From Lama glama (taxonomy: Eukaryota), in assembly GCA_028534125.1 (NCBI GenBank), contig CM052817.1, positions 93,560,001 through 93,624,000 on the forward strand: a stretch of DNA of 64,000 nucleotides. Direction: 5' to 3'. Below are positions 13,071 through 27,639 of this stretch, piece by piece (within the stretch, counting starts at the first letter, position 1; the number at the start of each line of letters is the position of its first letter). The notes beneath the pieces were generated by a model. The model was not told the DNA's origin and did no database searches. It worked only from the letters and a program-made list of their open reading frames with translations. The translations under genes were made by a program, and so were the position numbers.

Positions 13071-13189
13071 TGTAATATAGAGGAGATGCTTATTAGTTGA
13101 GAGAGGGGAGAGGATTCACTGTGGCCCTGACAATATACATGAGGGGCTGCACGAAGGAGGCAGCCTTCAGGTAGGAGCTAAATACTGGT

Positions 13190-13395
13190 TGGACATAAAG
13201 ACATAGGTTTTGGTGTCACACGGACCTTCATTTTTATCTCTTTCTGTATGCTGTACGTCAACCTTACTGCAAATGAATTTCTTCACTTGTGAATGGAAAT
13301 AACACAGATTATCTAATTGTATCATTTGAAGAGATAACATATATAAAAGTGGTTAACATATTGTCTTGAATATAGCAGGTATTCAAAGAAGTTAC
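13190..13395 (+). mobile_element. MIR SINE remnant
   Basis: Degenerate MIR core and tail (TTTCTTCACTTGTGAATGGAAATAAC...GAGATAACATATATAAAAGTG...TAGCAGGTATTCAA). Confidence 0.55.
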
Positions 13396-13625
13396 TAGTA
13401 GTAATTGTAGTTCTCTTGTTGCTAGTAATAGTAGGAGGAGGAGTAGCTGTATCTGGTAGGTTAGTAGCTATAAGTTTGAAAACATAAACAAACTTGAAAG
13501 AAATTTCTAGGAAAGGAAAGACAGAACTGGGGTATTGTCAGACTATGAAGGTGAGAATTGGAGGTGACTCTAAGCTGAAGTTTGGAGGAAAAGACCTCAG
13601 AGGAACTGAAGATACCAATGTAAGA

Positions 13626-13819
13626 CAGAGGTTCTCAACGTTTGGTTCCAGCAGCAGCAATTTCTGAGAATTTGTTAGAAATGCAAATTCAAGACCGCAG
13701 ACGTACTGATTCAGACAACCTGACTGACATGTGGCCCGGTAATCCGTATTTCAACATCTCCCCACTCCACCCTACCCCACCAAGTGATTCTGAGACTCGC
13801 GCAAGTCTGAGACCCATTG
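13626..13819 (+). mobile_element. MER5A-like hAT-Charlie element
   Basis: CAGAGGTTCTCAA...TTGTTAGAAATGCAAATTC...AAGTCTGAGACCCATTG. Confidence 0.8.
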
Positions 13820-15850
13820 TTTCAGAGCATGATGAGTAAGAGGTGATGCAGAGAAACCAGGTGAACATGGTGTACAGGGAAATGCCAGAGCTGAAGATGT
13901 AGATTCTTACTTCAAGGGCTGAAATTCTCCTTTTTCTGCTGCCTTTGCTGGCTTCCAGCTATTGGTTTGATTTTACTGCATGGCTTCCCAATCTCAGAAT
14001 CATTTCTCAGCTTTCAAGTTCTCCTTGCAGTCCGCCTACTCAGCAAAGCAGTGCCAAGTCTGCAACCTTAATTACTCCCCATCCTTCCCACAACCTCCCT
14101 CCTGCACTGTTCTTCTCCAGCTTTCAGTCTGGAGGCCCCTTGGGGAAAGCAATTTGTCTGGCACAATTTCATCTAACATTAAACACCATGTACATTTACA
14201 GGGCTTATATATAATAAATGAGGGTAGTAATAGCCTAGAACCCTGCTTTTCATAGTAGGAATCCCTGGCCATTAAATATAAAAGTTATCAATAGATGTAT
14301 ATCCAGTGACCCTTCTCTTCCCCCCCAAAAGACAGATGTCTGCAAAGAACATGCTGTATGAGTACTATTTAAGAGTACTTTTACTTTAAAAACCAATTTC
14401 ATTTTGAATCTAATACGTGTAAGTATGAAAAAAGAGGTGAGCAGTAGCTAGCCACAGAAAACATTGACCAATTTTCAAATTTCTCCATTATGTTTTTTTT
14501 TAGGGAGTTTTATTGATTCTCTGGTAGAAATAAAGGTAATAAATAAGGAGAGATCTCATTACAATAGCCTATCAGAGACCTGACCAGTGTGTTAATTTTG
14601 GCCATAATGTGTCACTTCCAGCAGCAAAGCATCAGCTCAGTCCCAGCGACAAGGATCGATATTGTAGATGTCTGTGATAAGTAAATCTACCGTGGCATTC
14701 TCTGGAGCAGAATGTGTATGGGAATATCACCTGCATTTTAAACCAGTGCTGACTGCCTTGTAACTTCAGGAAACCCATGTGTGGTAAAATGAAATCAACC
14801 TTCAGGGACCTGAAACATGTCACTCCTATTACTTATACATACAAGAAAATGTCTGTGTGTTTCTTCATGTGTTTTTCCTTTTGCTTTATAATTTGTAGAT
14901 TGCATGCATACATACATGTGAAATTAAAACATATAGGATAGTGTGTAAAAGTAGACCAACAAAATATATCTTTTATTATCATTCTATATAACATATTTGA
15001 CAATAGAAACAAAATTAACTTACGCTGAAAAGCTTTTTCGTTTTTTCAGTACTTTGGACAGTTGAATACTGCTGCCTTTGTCTTGTGCCTTTCCTCATAA
15101 TCAAATCAATTACTTGGGTGCTTAATTTATCTACAACCACAACTAGAATTTTGAAAGCAAGTTATAGGATTAAAATTGCCCATTAATATTATTAAGGAAA
15201 ATTTCAAATATTATCCATATTAATTTCAAGTGCATGAAAAGAAAGAAAACACACAAAACTGCTAGCAATGATTTTATCTTGTTAGAAAGATTATATGTAA
15301 TCTTCTCATTTATACATATATATTTCCTAGATTCCCTATCATAAGGAAGTATTATTATTCATTACAGCACCAATGTTAGTAATAATAGGACACTATTGAA
15401 ATACGTACTTGGAAATACTTGGAAATCTTCTACAAACCTGCTTTCATACAAAAGCAAAAACAAAGACATACACATACACACCCACAAATACACACATAAA
15501 AACATGTGAACAAAGCCTTTCTCGATAGCTAAGAAATAAGACACCAATCTCAGCAACAGCAAGTAACAGTGAGAGTCAAAACTGTTTTCTTGTCACGTAT
15601 AATCCAGGACTAGGAGAGCAGACGTGGAAGTGTGGTGATCTCTCAGCAGTTCTGAATTGACGGGCAGAGACAAGCATCTGCGCAGATTCCATAGAAAGGG
15701 TTTCAAACCTTTACAAAAATCACTTTTCCTATTTAAATAAAGAGAAGTGTGCCCTGCCTTCCTTTCAGGTTATTTTACTATGCTGCAACATACAGACTAA
15801 GGATAGCAAAGTAACAACTCATCTGATGTAATAATTGGGATAGTTTATAT

Positions 15851-17836
15851 CAGTAGTTCTGAAAGTGTAATCTTCAGATCTTTAGAAGTCCCAGGAAGGC
15901 TTCAGGGAGATTTGTGACGTCCAAGCAATTCTCACTGGATTATTTATCTTTTTCATTATTTGCCTTTTTCATTGTTTTGGCATTTGCACGGATGGTAGAA
16001 ATATAACAGTGAGTAAAATTACTGGTGCCTGGAACAAGTCAAGGCAGTAGAAACATGCTGTACTAGTAGATTTTGTATATTTCATGCACCACTGTGCACT
16101 CAAATGCCAGTTTTACTTAAGAATATCATTGATGAAGCAGTAAACAAACTATAATTTTAGTACACATCTTAATATTCTGTGTAACGAAAATTCAAGATAT
16201 ATATAAAGCACTTCTCCTACATAATGAAATAGATAGTTGTATTAGTTATCTACTGCTGTGTAACAAATGACCCCAAGATTTAGCAATGTAAAATGACATA
16301 CACTTGTTATCTCAGTTTCTGGGTCGGAACTCAAGCACTGCTTCCCTGGGTCCTCTGGCCCAGGTTTCTTATAAGGCTGCAGTAAAAATACCAACTTGGG
16401 CCACAGGCACCTCAAGGTCTTACTGTGGAGGGATCTACTTCAAACCTCACTTGTGGTTGTTGGCAGGATTTAGTTGCTTGAGGGATTTTGGACTGAGGAC
16501 TTCAGCTCTTTCCTGGTTATTGGCTAGAGGCCACTGTCCCTTCCTTGCCAGGTCGCCCTCTCCATCAGGGCAAGCATTCGAGAAGAGCCATGGAGAGAAG
16601 TCCAGCAAGATGGAAATCAGTCTTTTATGGCCCAATCTCAGAAGTGACACCTTTTAACTTTTGCCATATTCTACTTGTTATAAGCAAGTCACTAAGCCCA
16701 TACCACACTGAGGGAAGGGAATTACATGAGATCATGAGTCTCAAGGGGCTGAGACCATCAAGAGCCAAGTCAGAAGCTGCTGTCCACAATGGCCATCCCT
16801 GGGAAAAAGCACTTGTGTGACTCTTTGTGTTGCAAGGTGAACTAGCTGCTGTTTTTCATTACAAACCATTTTTACTTGGAAGAAAAATTAACAAGCGAAC
16901 TTTAGTTATTCAGGCTTGGGTATTTTTCAGATATTTGCTGAATTGTGTATTTCTTGATAATGAACAATATCAGTTTTGTCACTTCAAGGAAAACAGTGTT
17001 GATTGTCAGCATTCCATAGAACTTGAATATTTAAGTGAATGCTAGAATTTTGGAAAACTTGTATCTGGCAAAATGTCTTACCAGTTTCTCAATATATAAA
17101 AACTTTTCTAAAGATTTTGGCAGCAATATTAAAGAATGTTGGGTTTGATACTGTATAACGAAATGTGTTAACATCTGAAAGAGCTGTGAAACTCAGTGAG
17201 CCAATGTTTTTCAAATGACCAATGGATGCTTTTACAGAATCATGGGTGTATCCATTTAAAGCACAAGATAGACCAACCGATTGCATGTAACAGTATGAAA
17301 AGTTCATTAATATGATTTCAGTTACATTTTGCAATTAAACTTTAAGAAACTTTTAAGATTACTTAGAGAGTTCCAACATGGTGTCAAAAAAAATATCCAC
17401 AATTAGCTGGAAAGGGTATTAAACTACTTCTTCATTTTCAAATATGCAACTCTGAAGCTGGATCTTTTCCATATACTTCAACCACAACAAGAAATGGCAA
17501 CGGTCCGAGTGCTGTGGAAGTAGATACGAGAATCTAGCCAACTTGCATTAAGCTAGACACTGAAAATATTTACAAATATGTATAAAAGCATATCACTTCT
17601 CATGAAACTATTTTTATTTGGAATATATCATCTTTTCATTAAAATATTTTCATGTGGATATGAAATTGGTTTATTACTGTTACTTTTTAATGAGTTATTT
17701 AAGAATACCTCTTTTAATTCTGAGTGTGATAAATATTGGTAGATATATAATCCACGTAAACAAAAGTTCTTTGAGTTCCTCAATACATTTTAAGAGTGCT
17801 AAAGGATCCTAAGATCTAAACGTTTGGGAACCACTG
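15851..17836 (+). mobile_element. Charlie1a-like hAT transposon (both TIRs present), interrupted by a MaLR LTR
   Basis: CAGTAGTTCTGAAAGTGT start, TTTGGGAACCACTG end; internal TTATTTGCCTTTTTCA, CAAGGCAGT...TGTACTAGTAG, GGAAAAAGCACTTGTG, CAGTGAGCCAATGTTTTTCAAATGACCAATG match recalled Charlie1; degenerate 8-bp flanks GTTTATAT/GGCTAGAT. Confidence 0.85.
16238..16788 (-). mobile_element. MaLR LTR (MLT1D/E-like) nested in Charlie1a
   Basis: TGTATTAGTTATCTACTGCTGTGTAACAAATGACCCCAA...CCACA; flanks ATAGT/ATGGC consistent with a decayed 5-bp TSD. Confidence 0.85.
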
Positions 17837-18479
17837 GGCTAGATTTTGCTGTTTTCACAATAACCCCAGAATCTCAGCAGCCTGAACAAAATGATATATT
17901 TCTTATTCATACTACAAGTCCATTGGTGTTGGTTGAGAGACTGCTCATGCACATTTGTGTGGTCTGTGAGAAGGAATTTCTCTTTTATGAGTCCAAATGG
18001 ATGATGTAGCTTCCAACACTGTTACAACTTGATTTATGATTATCTAATCCATGCTTCAGTAAAATGGCCCTGTCCTTCTCTAAATAAAACTCCTTCAGAT
18101 CAGATGTTTTTAACAAGCTTGTGTGAAGGTCACATTTGCTGTCAATTTCACAGCCACAGGCAAAGGGTAAAGACTCTACCAAATAAACCAAGACACTAGT
18201 CACAGGTGGTCTGTTTCTCCACAGAGGAGCCAGAATTTGCTACTGCCATCCACCAAGCCCAGTTCTTTAATTTCTCTTCAAACTACTGATAATAAAGCAT
18301 TGATTAAGCTGAACAGAACTCCTAAGCATATACACTATTCATCTATTTTTAATGTATGAGAACATTTTTAAATGAGTAATATTTTTGTTTTAATTTACTT
18401 TTGTTTCAACGGTCAGACATTAAATCCTGAACCAAGCGGCACTGAGAACAGACATCAGAAAATTGTGTTAGACCTATCC

Positions 18480-19345
18480 AATCTCCCTTTTCAGTTGATC
18501 ACCATGTTAATTTTATGTTCTGATTATTCTTAGATATACCCACTGTCCCTACTGCCACCATCAGCATCCTGGTCCCAACTAGAGTCATCTGTAGTCTGGG
18601 AGTAACAATCTCCTCCCACCTGGTCTCTGCCATCAGTCCTGCGCAGCTCTGATCCTTCTCTGCAGAGCCATCAGAATGATCCTCTCCAAAACTCACATCA
18701 CATATTACATTCCCTCAGCCTAAAAACTTTTAAAGGTGGGTGGGTATAGCGCAGTGATAGAGCACATGCTTAGCATGCGGGAGGTCCTGGGCTCAATCCC
18801 CAGGACCTCCATTAAAAAAAAAAAAAAAACCTTTCAAAGACTTCCAAATGTTCATAAGATAATGAAAAACCACTGAGGACCTGTAGATGCCTGCAACTGG
18901 CCTCTCCATCTCTTCAGCTGAAGGACCCCCTCACTCTCACTGCTCTTGGCTCTGCTCTTTCCATCCCAGTCATTCCAAGGTCTTTGCGCAGCCTGTCCCA
19001 CCCCACCCCCAGGACAGTCTTTACTCTCGTCCTCTCTTGGTTCATGTCTATCTTTCAGGTCTCTCGCCATCCTGCTTTACTTTTCAGGGAATGTTTCCCT
19101 GATCACCCTTCTCCACCCCATCGAGGTCAAATCTCCCTGTTTTGTGCTCTAATCATCCCATGTTCTTTGAGCTCATAGCACTTATGATGGTAGCGACTTA
19201 AAACTAATCTGTATGATTATTTGATTAATAGCCATCTCCTTTACCAGATGGTGAGCTTCAATAGGGAGGGACCGAAATCACTTAAAGCTCACCAGGTGGC
19301 TATAGAGTAAGATAGGCACTCAGTCACTATTTGGTGAGTAACTAC
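18480..19345 (+). mobile_element. L2 LINE 3' remnant, interrupted by a SINE
   Basis: Pyrimidine-rich L2 body (CCACTGTCCCTACTGCCACC…CAGAATGATCCT) and tail TAGGCACTCAGTCACTATTTGGTGA. Confidence 0.75.
18735..18829 (+). mobile_element. tRNA-Ala-derived SINE (short form: tRNA head + poly(A))
   Basis: GGGTATAGCGCAGTGATAGAGCACATGCTTAGCATGCGGGAGGTCCTGGGCTCAATCCCCAGGACCTCCA then A-run; flanks AAAACTTTTAAAG / AAAACCTTTCAAAG as imperfect TSD. Confidence 0.9.
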
Positions 19346-20549
19346 TGCATATATAAATTATTCACAAAACAAAAGAAACATTTGATAAAAGTTAGAAGAC
19401 TGAGAGTAAAACTGGAACATATCAAAATACTTGAGGAAAAGTGAAAGATATATTTAGACATCTAAAAATTTAAATAATCAGCTGTGACTATGAAATGGAT
19501 ATTTGGAAGAAAAGAGGCTTGGGAAATTCAGATCTTTCAATTTGACTCAAAGGCCATTCATCAGTTGACCTGCTGCCTCGTGGGCTTTCCAAATACCTCA
19601 TGATTTTCTTTTGCTGCACATTAGCAGCTGTAAACTCTACTGGTAATGTTAGGGGTTATTTTAATAGCAGTGCTAAGAAAGAGATTCATTAATGGGCTCA
19701 GAAAGCAAATGAAACACATGTCAAAAACACAGCCTCAAGAAAGAAGTGAATCAGAAAATCATTTCAGTGCTACAGCGTCCAAAATTACAGGTCTAAAAAG
19801 TGATTGTGCTGTTCACCCTTTTATCTCTGGAGGTCAGTGTTCAACACATATATTGTAAATATCTCACCAGTCTCACGATTTGAATGAGCTCAATTTCGAC
19901 TGGATGATTATATATACAAGACAAATGTTCTCACTGCTCTAGGGCAATCATAAGGTTCTGTTCAAAAGATAGTTTGCTCTCAAATCAGTCTAGGACAAAC
20001 TGATGCATCCTTCTAGGAGAATTGTACAGACGCGTTTGGTCTGATCTCTGCCTGGGTTAAAGACTCAAAACAATAAGCTTTCAACCATTTGTTTTGATTT
20101 TTAACAAATAGAAACTAAGGTTGCTTTGGATTCTAAAATGTACCAAAATACTTATGAAAAAAATCAAATAATAATGTCGAGATTTCTAAGCCAAGTTGAT
20201 CCAACAACTCCATATGAACATAGTAAGACTTGTTTCTGACGTTTTTAAGAAGTAAACCCATTCTCAATCACTCACACCAACTCCTATGCTACACTTTTTA
20301 AGATACTAGACTTAGAAGATCAGTTTAGTTTTCAGGAACAAAGCGAGGTTAAACAGGGCTAAAAATGTAATAAAATTTTCACCTTGACCTCATTAGCATA
20401 ATGCTTGAACAGATGAAATCTTGTGTTCTTAAGAAGTGGGAGAAATATAATCCACCTTTAAAAGCTGTGAAGACAACTCATGAATGTCTAAACCCCACAT
20501 CTGTGTCTTTGAACCAGTTAGAACCAGAGCTAGTGATCATCAGTGCCAG

Positions 20550-20915
20550 TCATCAAATATTTTTATATTTTCCTTTCTGTTTACACAGTGGGATCGCATT
20601 TATTAGTATGACATGGCCATGAACTCACTTTGGCCAATAAAATGTCAGAAGTTACAGGTGTCACTTTGTGGTGGAAGCTCTAACAGCAAGTGTGCAGTTT
20701 GCAATGTTTTTTTCCCACTGCTGCTGCACTGTTTTTGCAGCAGATGGGAAAAACTCCTTCATTCTGGGCCTCTAACTGTAAAGATATGGATTAGAACCCC
20801 AGCCAACCCACTGTGGACAGGGATCTTAAGTGAGAAGTGTGCCTTTGCTCTTCTGAGCCTTTAAAAGTTGAAGTTGTTCATTTCTCTAGTATAAACTAGC
20901 CCATCCTGAGTGACA
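20550..20915 (+). mobile_element. MaLR LTR (old MLT1, MLT1I/J-like)
   Basis: CTTTGGCCAATAAAATGTCAGAAGT...TGTCACTT; CCCCAGCCAACCCACTGTGGACA; terminus CTAGCCCATCCTGAGTGACA. Confidence 0.7.
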
Positions 20916-21809
20916 AATATTTGTAAACGCAAATCATCAAAAATAATTTCAAATTTTATACTACAATTATATTTATATTTATATATGGACATCACAGAAT
21001 GCGAGGCCCAAGGATGCAAAGATTGCGGAATGTCATCAGATTTTAATTCATTAAAATTTCTTACTGTAGATGCTCTCTTAAATTTCTTTTTAAACTTTTC
21101 AACCTGAGAGAGGAAAACTGTATATATTCCTATAATTATTTAAGAGTAAGTCCAGAATTCTCTGTACTCTTTTTCACAGGTACAGCACAATTTACTTGTT
21201 ACTGAAAACAATACCACTTGTTCTTTAAATGTATTCCCTGGAGAAGTCAGGGTTCATGCTCTAGTATTTTCTGGTCTTATGTTCATATTAAAATACTGAA
21301 AGAACATCAATTTTCATGCATTATCAAAAGGAGTACATAGTGTCTTGAGAGGTGGTACAAATGGCTACATTTACGCACAATTTGTTTAGCAATGCCAAAC
21401 ACTGGAACATCATGAGTCAGTTGATGATTGAACAGAGATTCCCGAGCACCTAGAATCGCATCTTTTGTCTGCTGTCAGATGTTGTCCCTTGAGTTAAGTT
21501 AACAACTCAGAGACAGAGAGACACTGAGGCAGAGTTTACTTCATCTGTCTACTCAGAGCGGGGTTAACCTGTTTTTCTTGCTTCCAGATGAATGTCAAAG
21601 ACTTTCATGTCATTTAAGCAAAGACAAAATTCTGAGCAGGGACTTCCTGCATATCAGGCAATCCACTACCTACTTCTGTACCCACGCAGCTCTCTAGACT
21701 CTTCTTGGGAGAATCTACACATAAATGAGAGTGAGCAGGACGGTAGTGCAACAAAAGTGAGCAGTCTGATTTGCTATGCCGCTTCTCCTGATTCATTAAG
21801 AAGAAATGG

Positions 21810-22031
21810 CAGAGAGAAACTACTATAGATAAAATATATAAACAACAAGGACCTACTGTATAGCACAGGGAACTATATTCAACATCTTATAATAACCTAC
21901 AATGAAAAAGAATACAAAAAAGAACACACATACACATATATATAGATACATGTATAACTGAATAACCATGTTGTACACTAGGAACCAGCACAACATTGTA
22001 AATCAACTATATACTTCAATTTAAAAAAAAG
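21810..22031 (+). mobile_element. 5'-truncated L1 3' end (cetartiodactyl type)
   Basis: AACAACAAGGACCTACTGTATAGCACAGGGAACTATATTCAA...ACATTGTAAATCAACTAT...A-tail; AAGAAGAAAT on both sides as probable TSD. Confidence 0.9.
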
Positions 22032-22049
22032 AAGAAGAAATACAAGAAG

Positions 22050-22190
22050 AGAAATTGAGCTATAACAATTCTCTCACCTGTAACACAAGGCTAATAACAT
22101 CACTTACCTCAAGGGTTGTGAGGATTAAATGAGCTAATCCACACAAAATGCCTGGCATATGGTAACGGCTCCATAAATTGCAATTGTCAT
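22050..22190 (+). mobile_element. MIR SINE remnant
   Basis: TACCTCAAGGGTTGTGAGGATTAAATGAGCTAAT...ATGCCTGGCATATGGTAA. Confidence 0.75.
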
Positions 22191-25100
22191 TATGGTAATA
22201 ATAATAATAATATAGTTGTGGTAATTATTACTATTATCTAAGTCAATAAATTATTTGTGTATGGGCATTTCCTAAGTTCACTTCTCAATCCTCTTTCTCC
22301 CCACTTCATACTCCATTTTTCCATGGAAATCTCATTTAATCTCCAGGCTTCAATGATCAACTCAAAAGTAAGATTTATAAGATTACACTCTCACCCCTCC
22401 CCTGATTTACAGGCTTATATGTGCAGTTCCCTGGGGCACATTGCCAAGTGGATAGCTCACTGTTATCTCAAACTCCTCATGTCTACAGATGCATCATATC
22501 CCCAACCCAGTGCTGGCCTTAGACTTGGGTGAGGATGGCCTCTGTCTTATGGTCTGATTTAGAGGGGTCCAATCTGGCCCTTCTCTGACTGCACCCCTAC
22601 CCACAGAGAAAGGATTCATCAGAACCAAGAGTTTTCATCACAGTATCATTATTTCAGAACTACCCTATTTTTTCAAGGACAAGTAAACCTATTGACAGAT
22701 TAACAGTATATAACTAAGTTTCCCAATTATCTGTGTAAGAATTAAAGTAAGCGTTCACTCCTTAGTTCATGAAATCTAACAAAGTCTTACAGTTAAATAT
22801 TTCTATAAACAATGCTAGCTGATTTGCTAAATCTCTTTTCTGTATATGTCTTGGTAATTAACGGCCATCTTCTTCTCCATTTTCCACTTCAGAAAGCATT
22901 TCTGATTTCAACTTCTAAAAACTGGAACTGAAAAATTTCTAAGCAGGGAAAGATAAATGACCATTAATTCAACTGATAATTAACCACCTGAAAATTAACA
23001 AAAGACTCTGTTGTCATCATTTTCTGCCTTTCTACAATTCAAGGTTTTATTTACCTCTGAGTAGAAACGTTATTTTTTCAAATCCAAAGAAGAGACAGCT
23101 GTGCATAGAGCAGTGTGCCCTGGCATTGCTAGAGCTGAAGCTGCCTCTTCCTGCACTTGATCAAATAGCTTCTATCAGAACTTAAGGAATCCAGGCAACA
23201 TCACGTGTGATGGGAAGGGGCTGTCTCAGAACCCCGAGGGCTGGGAACTTCCCTGATGACTCCGTCCCTCATTCACTTAGATGAATTAACTCTAAGCAGA
23301 CAAAATCACCACAGGTGGGGAGACGACATTCATTTTCTTTTCTGCATCTGGCAAGGATCTGTCAGGTCACTTGGGCAGCTCACTTAAACCTTTTTAGACT
23401 TCACCTTCATCATCTCTCAAATGCACTGCCCTCCCACATCTAAAACTCTGTTCCTGTATATATGCGACCTGTCACTTTGTGGGAACTTTAGTTGCACTAC
23501 AGATCGTATCTTTGGAAGTAAGTGTTCAATATGCTGCTTCTCCTTTGCATGTGTGTGATGTTCATGAGACCACGTGATTTTGGAAAACATGACAAAGAAA
23601 GACAAAACGAAAACAGCAGCTAACCAAGTAAATTCACTTGAATGATGACATGAAACCTATGTACCTGTACCACTGACCCACTGGCTACAGGATATGGTCT
23701 CATTAAGGAAGTAGATACCCACGGCATCTCAGGCCCTGGTGATCTCCAGTGACCATCCATAAATGTCTACATTTCATCTGGAAGTGTGCAGTTTCCAGGA
23801 TACTGCATGTTCGTTCTCAGCTAGAATTTTCGAAATACTCCTTTTGCTTAGAGTTGCCCCACTTGCCTAGAAAATCCCTATATCTACTTGAAGACACAGT
23901 TTACTTTCTTCTAAGAGCCCATCCTGATCACTCCCAGGAAGAATTAAGCATATATAAATTAATGATAAAATGTATTGCTTTGGTTATTGTTCATATGCCT
24001 GCCCATCCTGCTAGCCTGTAAGAATCTCCGTATTCCCAGACTTATCGCAGTGTTGGGTATAAAGACAGAAGTCAATACACTTTAATAAATAATATAAAAT
24101 TACTTAGTGAAAATACTTTTAAACCTCTTTTTTCCCTTTTTCTTGTAGTTTGACATTTCATTGCTATTTCATGAAATTTCTAAAGGTTAACTTTTCATCT
24201 CACTTGTGCTCCTTTCTATCATTATGATCTTAAAACTATGTTGCTGACACAAAAATTAGATGGCCGGGCATTACTTCTGTCTAATGTTTTTGAAATGAGC
24301 TGTAGTTTTTTACCCAACGTATTTTCTGTGTTGGCCCAAGTACCCAGTATAAGGTCTAGTCACACTTGATATTTTACAAAAAAAAATTTGCATCTTCTCT
24401 CAAATCTTCTTTGATTAAAAACCAAATAGTAGTACCCAAATGTAATTGTTAGTCAGAATTTGAGACTGATGTTTATGATGTGTATTTTTATGGATCAATA
24501 ATTGTAACAGTCAATAATTAACATCTATAAGATAAATTTTATAGATCAAGTTAGAATTACTTTAAAAAATTCACAATCTAGAAAATATATTGCATGGTTT
24601 TTAAGTTATTAATTTTGAAAGTATTATTTTAGCTTATGAACATGATCACGTTGTATATGTCAACAACCATCATCATCTACCTAAAGATACATTTTTTAAT
24701 GAAATCAAATATACTGATATACTGATTTAAGGTAAAGGTCATGAGCCACTTCCTCAACACTGAAATCAATCAAATTGAAAACACTCCACTGGAATTCCTC
24801 TGTTGCTACTTGAACTTGGTGATACTAAACCCCAGAGAGAAGAGAGAGAGGAAATGAAATAGCACGTCTCCCACACATGCCACTGTCATCTTGCACTTCA
24901 GCCTGTGTAGTCAGATCCCAGCACACCTCCACCCGAGGCTTGAGTGAGGCTGACCTTGGGTGACCTTGGATGAATGTGGCTATGGAAATTTGACCCTCTT
25001 TTAATGTGACTTTCCACTCCTTGCTTTCCATTCTCCATCCAACACCACTCCAGCCAATCCTAAATTTTCAAAAAGTTTACTAGGCACAGGTTCCAGGAAA

Positions 25101-27639
25101 TAGGGAGTGATTATGGTAATTGTGCTTAAGTTACTAGGACAATAAATGCGATTCACAGACAGCAAAGGCCCACTTTCAAAGTAAGCACAGTGGTATATAC
25201 TCAAACTGAAAGCTGCGGAGTCCTGCATGATCAACAGACACAGATTTCTAGAGATGGGAATGGGGAGTAGGAGAAATAGGACTTAGGTGTGAGAGTGAGA
25301 GGGTAAGGTTCTTAAAGGGAAACCAAGGTATAGACCTTGGATGGAGGCTGAGTACATACATCGAAGATGTGGCCTCAACAAACAAAACAGAAGGAAAACC
25401 AGTTCTAGGAGAGCAGAGATCATACACACACACACATATACACAGATAGGGAAGAGGAAATATATCTTACCACTTGAACCCTAGGCATATTTAATTATTC
25501 CAAAATTTACCTAGAACTTTTCAAATCTTAGTTTCAAAAGAAATGCAAAGGAAAACTGAAGTCAGCTAGAGTTCAAGATGTATACATTCTTATTTCAAGA
25601 AAATGCATTATTCCCAGTCCCTTCTTGAAAACATTTGGTACCTTCAACAACAACAACAAAACCTCTCACCTGAACTTAAGGATTCTGGCAAATGGTCATC
25701 ATGAATGACCTTCACAGGAGAGGCACAAAAAGCACAGCTTTGCCTTGGCTGTTAATCATCCACCTTAATCCTTCTGTAAGTGGCTCCCCATACTCCTTCT
25801 TTGTAAGCATTGTTTTTTAAACACAAACATGTTCAACACTGGCTGCTAAACTGGTTAAATCCACATGGCAGGGGCAGGCAACAATCTGGAGTGTGCTAAA
25901 AATAGTAATACATTCACAGTAATTTCTTGCAGACTCTGTGACAGGGTAGAAATTTATAAAAATAATGGTGACATTCTATGATCTAGCAAATTCATCAGGA
26001 TTATATGCATGTGAATATACATATTAAAAACAGACATAAAGCAATTTACATAACTATGAAGCAAAATACTTGAGCTATAATATTTCAGGCAAATTCAAAT
26101 TTGTTTTGACTAAATACCGGTAACACTGGGTATCACAATTATTTGTAATATCATAAAAGGATACCTTGAATGAATACGCCAGTTTAAGAAAATATGAATC
26201 ATGCAAGTATAACGTTAAAGAATTTGAAGGGTTCTCTTATGATAAACACTGAGAAGCATATAAGTTGTACTTTGGTGAACAAGCCACTTTGAAATTCTAA
26301 CTATTTTCAGGATGAGTAGTATTCATTCATACACCCATATTGCAGGCCTGGACATGAATGTTAAGGAAGGCTAAAAATACTTCCCTAGAATTATTTTAAC
26401 AGAATAATTTTCCTAGTGAAAGAAGACTTCCTTCAACTTAGCTACTGTAGAAGAACCTCTATAGTTACAAACCATGCATTCTTTTACCAATAAACTCAAA
26501 AAGAGAATCAGTTTTTAAGAAAAGGGGGAACTTGAGAGAGACTCACACACTGAGGTTAGAAATCATATGAAATTGTATGAACTTGTTCCTAGCCTTGTTC
26601 AGGCCTCTTTTTGTGCATATGGGGGGGAAAAAAAAACAAACAAGGTACAACCCATCCCCGCCATACACATATTCACAGTCACACAAATATCATGCGGAGG
26701 AGACAGTCATCTGTGAGCCACAGCTCTAAGGTGGCAGATGTAGACCGAAGCTGTTCCTTCATTCTCAAACCAGGAAGTCTGGATCATCTCCAGGCTGAGA
26801 TTACAAGACTGGCTTCAGACTGCTCGCACCACCTGCTAGATATTTGCTATACTTGTCACCCAAACACTTGAGTGTCTGCAGAAGTCATAAAACAGCCAGA
26901 TGAACTGATTTTGCATATCTACAGAACAATATAACAGCAACAACAAAAGCTTTCCCTATTGAAGTGGTATCTGATTCAAAGTACATTTGAATGAGGAATT
27001 TTATCAGGCAGAACAATTCTACTTTTAAAGGTTTATCTGCATTAAGTCAATCCATCTGTCACTGAGGTAAATTCTAATAGCTGATCAACTCAGTGGAACT
27101 CACAGTGGTTGTGCTCAACTGTGTTTACTGATTGAACCAACTGGTCAGTTCAAAATATTTGATCGGTTATCTAGCAAAGAGCATAAATTACCACTGCCTC
27201 CTTCCCCTTGCCCTAATTTAGTTCTTTCTCACACTGTGTCTTGCCGATGTGAGAACCATACCTATATTATTTTATATAAACCAGTGAGTCTCAAAGTTTC
27301 TTCCCCGGCTCTCACTGTAAAGTTGCCTGTGAGATCCTGGTGAGGAGGAGATTAGCCAAACTGAATAAACTTCCACATCATTCCCCAGCTCCAATGTTAA
27401 AATTTCCTTTTATGTTTGTGCTCTGTTTGGAATATTTGATTAAAGGGTTCCTTGGCAAAACGGGGAATTGACAGGGAAAGGGGGCAATACATTTATGACA
27501 AAATTAATTAGTACATTTTAGATAACTTGTAGAAATGCTAACATACATAGAAGGGATAATATCATCAAACTCTTAATGAAATGACTAATTCCCTCCTCGC
27601 CCCCACAAAAAAGGCACTGAATATGAAAATACAATGTCT

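Noticed and set aside
18739..18811. Functional tRNA-Ala gene
   Set aside because: Mutated A/B boxes and stems, poly(A) tail and TSD indicate a retroposed SINE copy; same for the other three copies.
21570..21700. Splice-acceptor-like TTTTTCTTGCTTCCAG
   Set aside because: Downstream frames give no recognisable peptide and no convincing donor.
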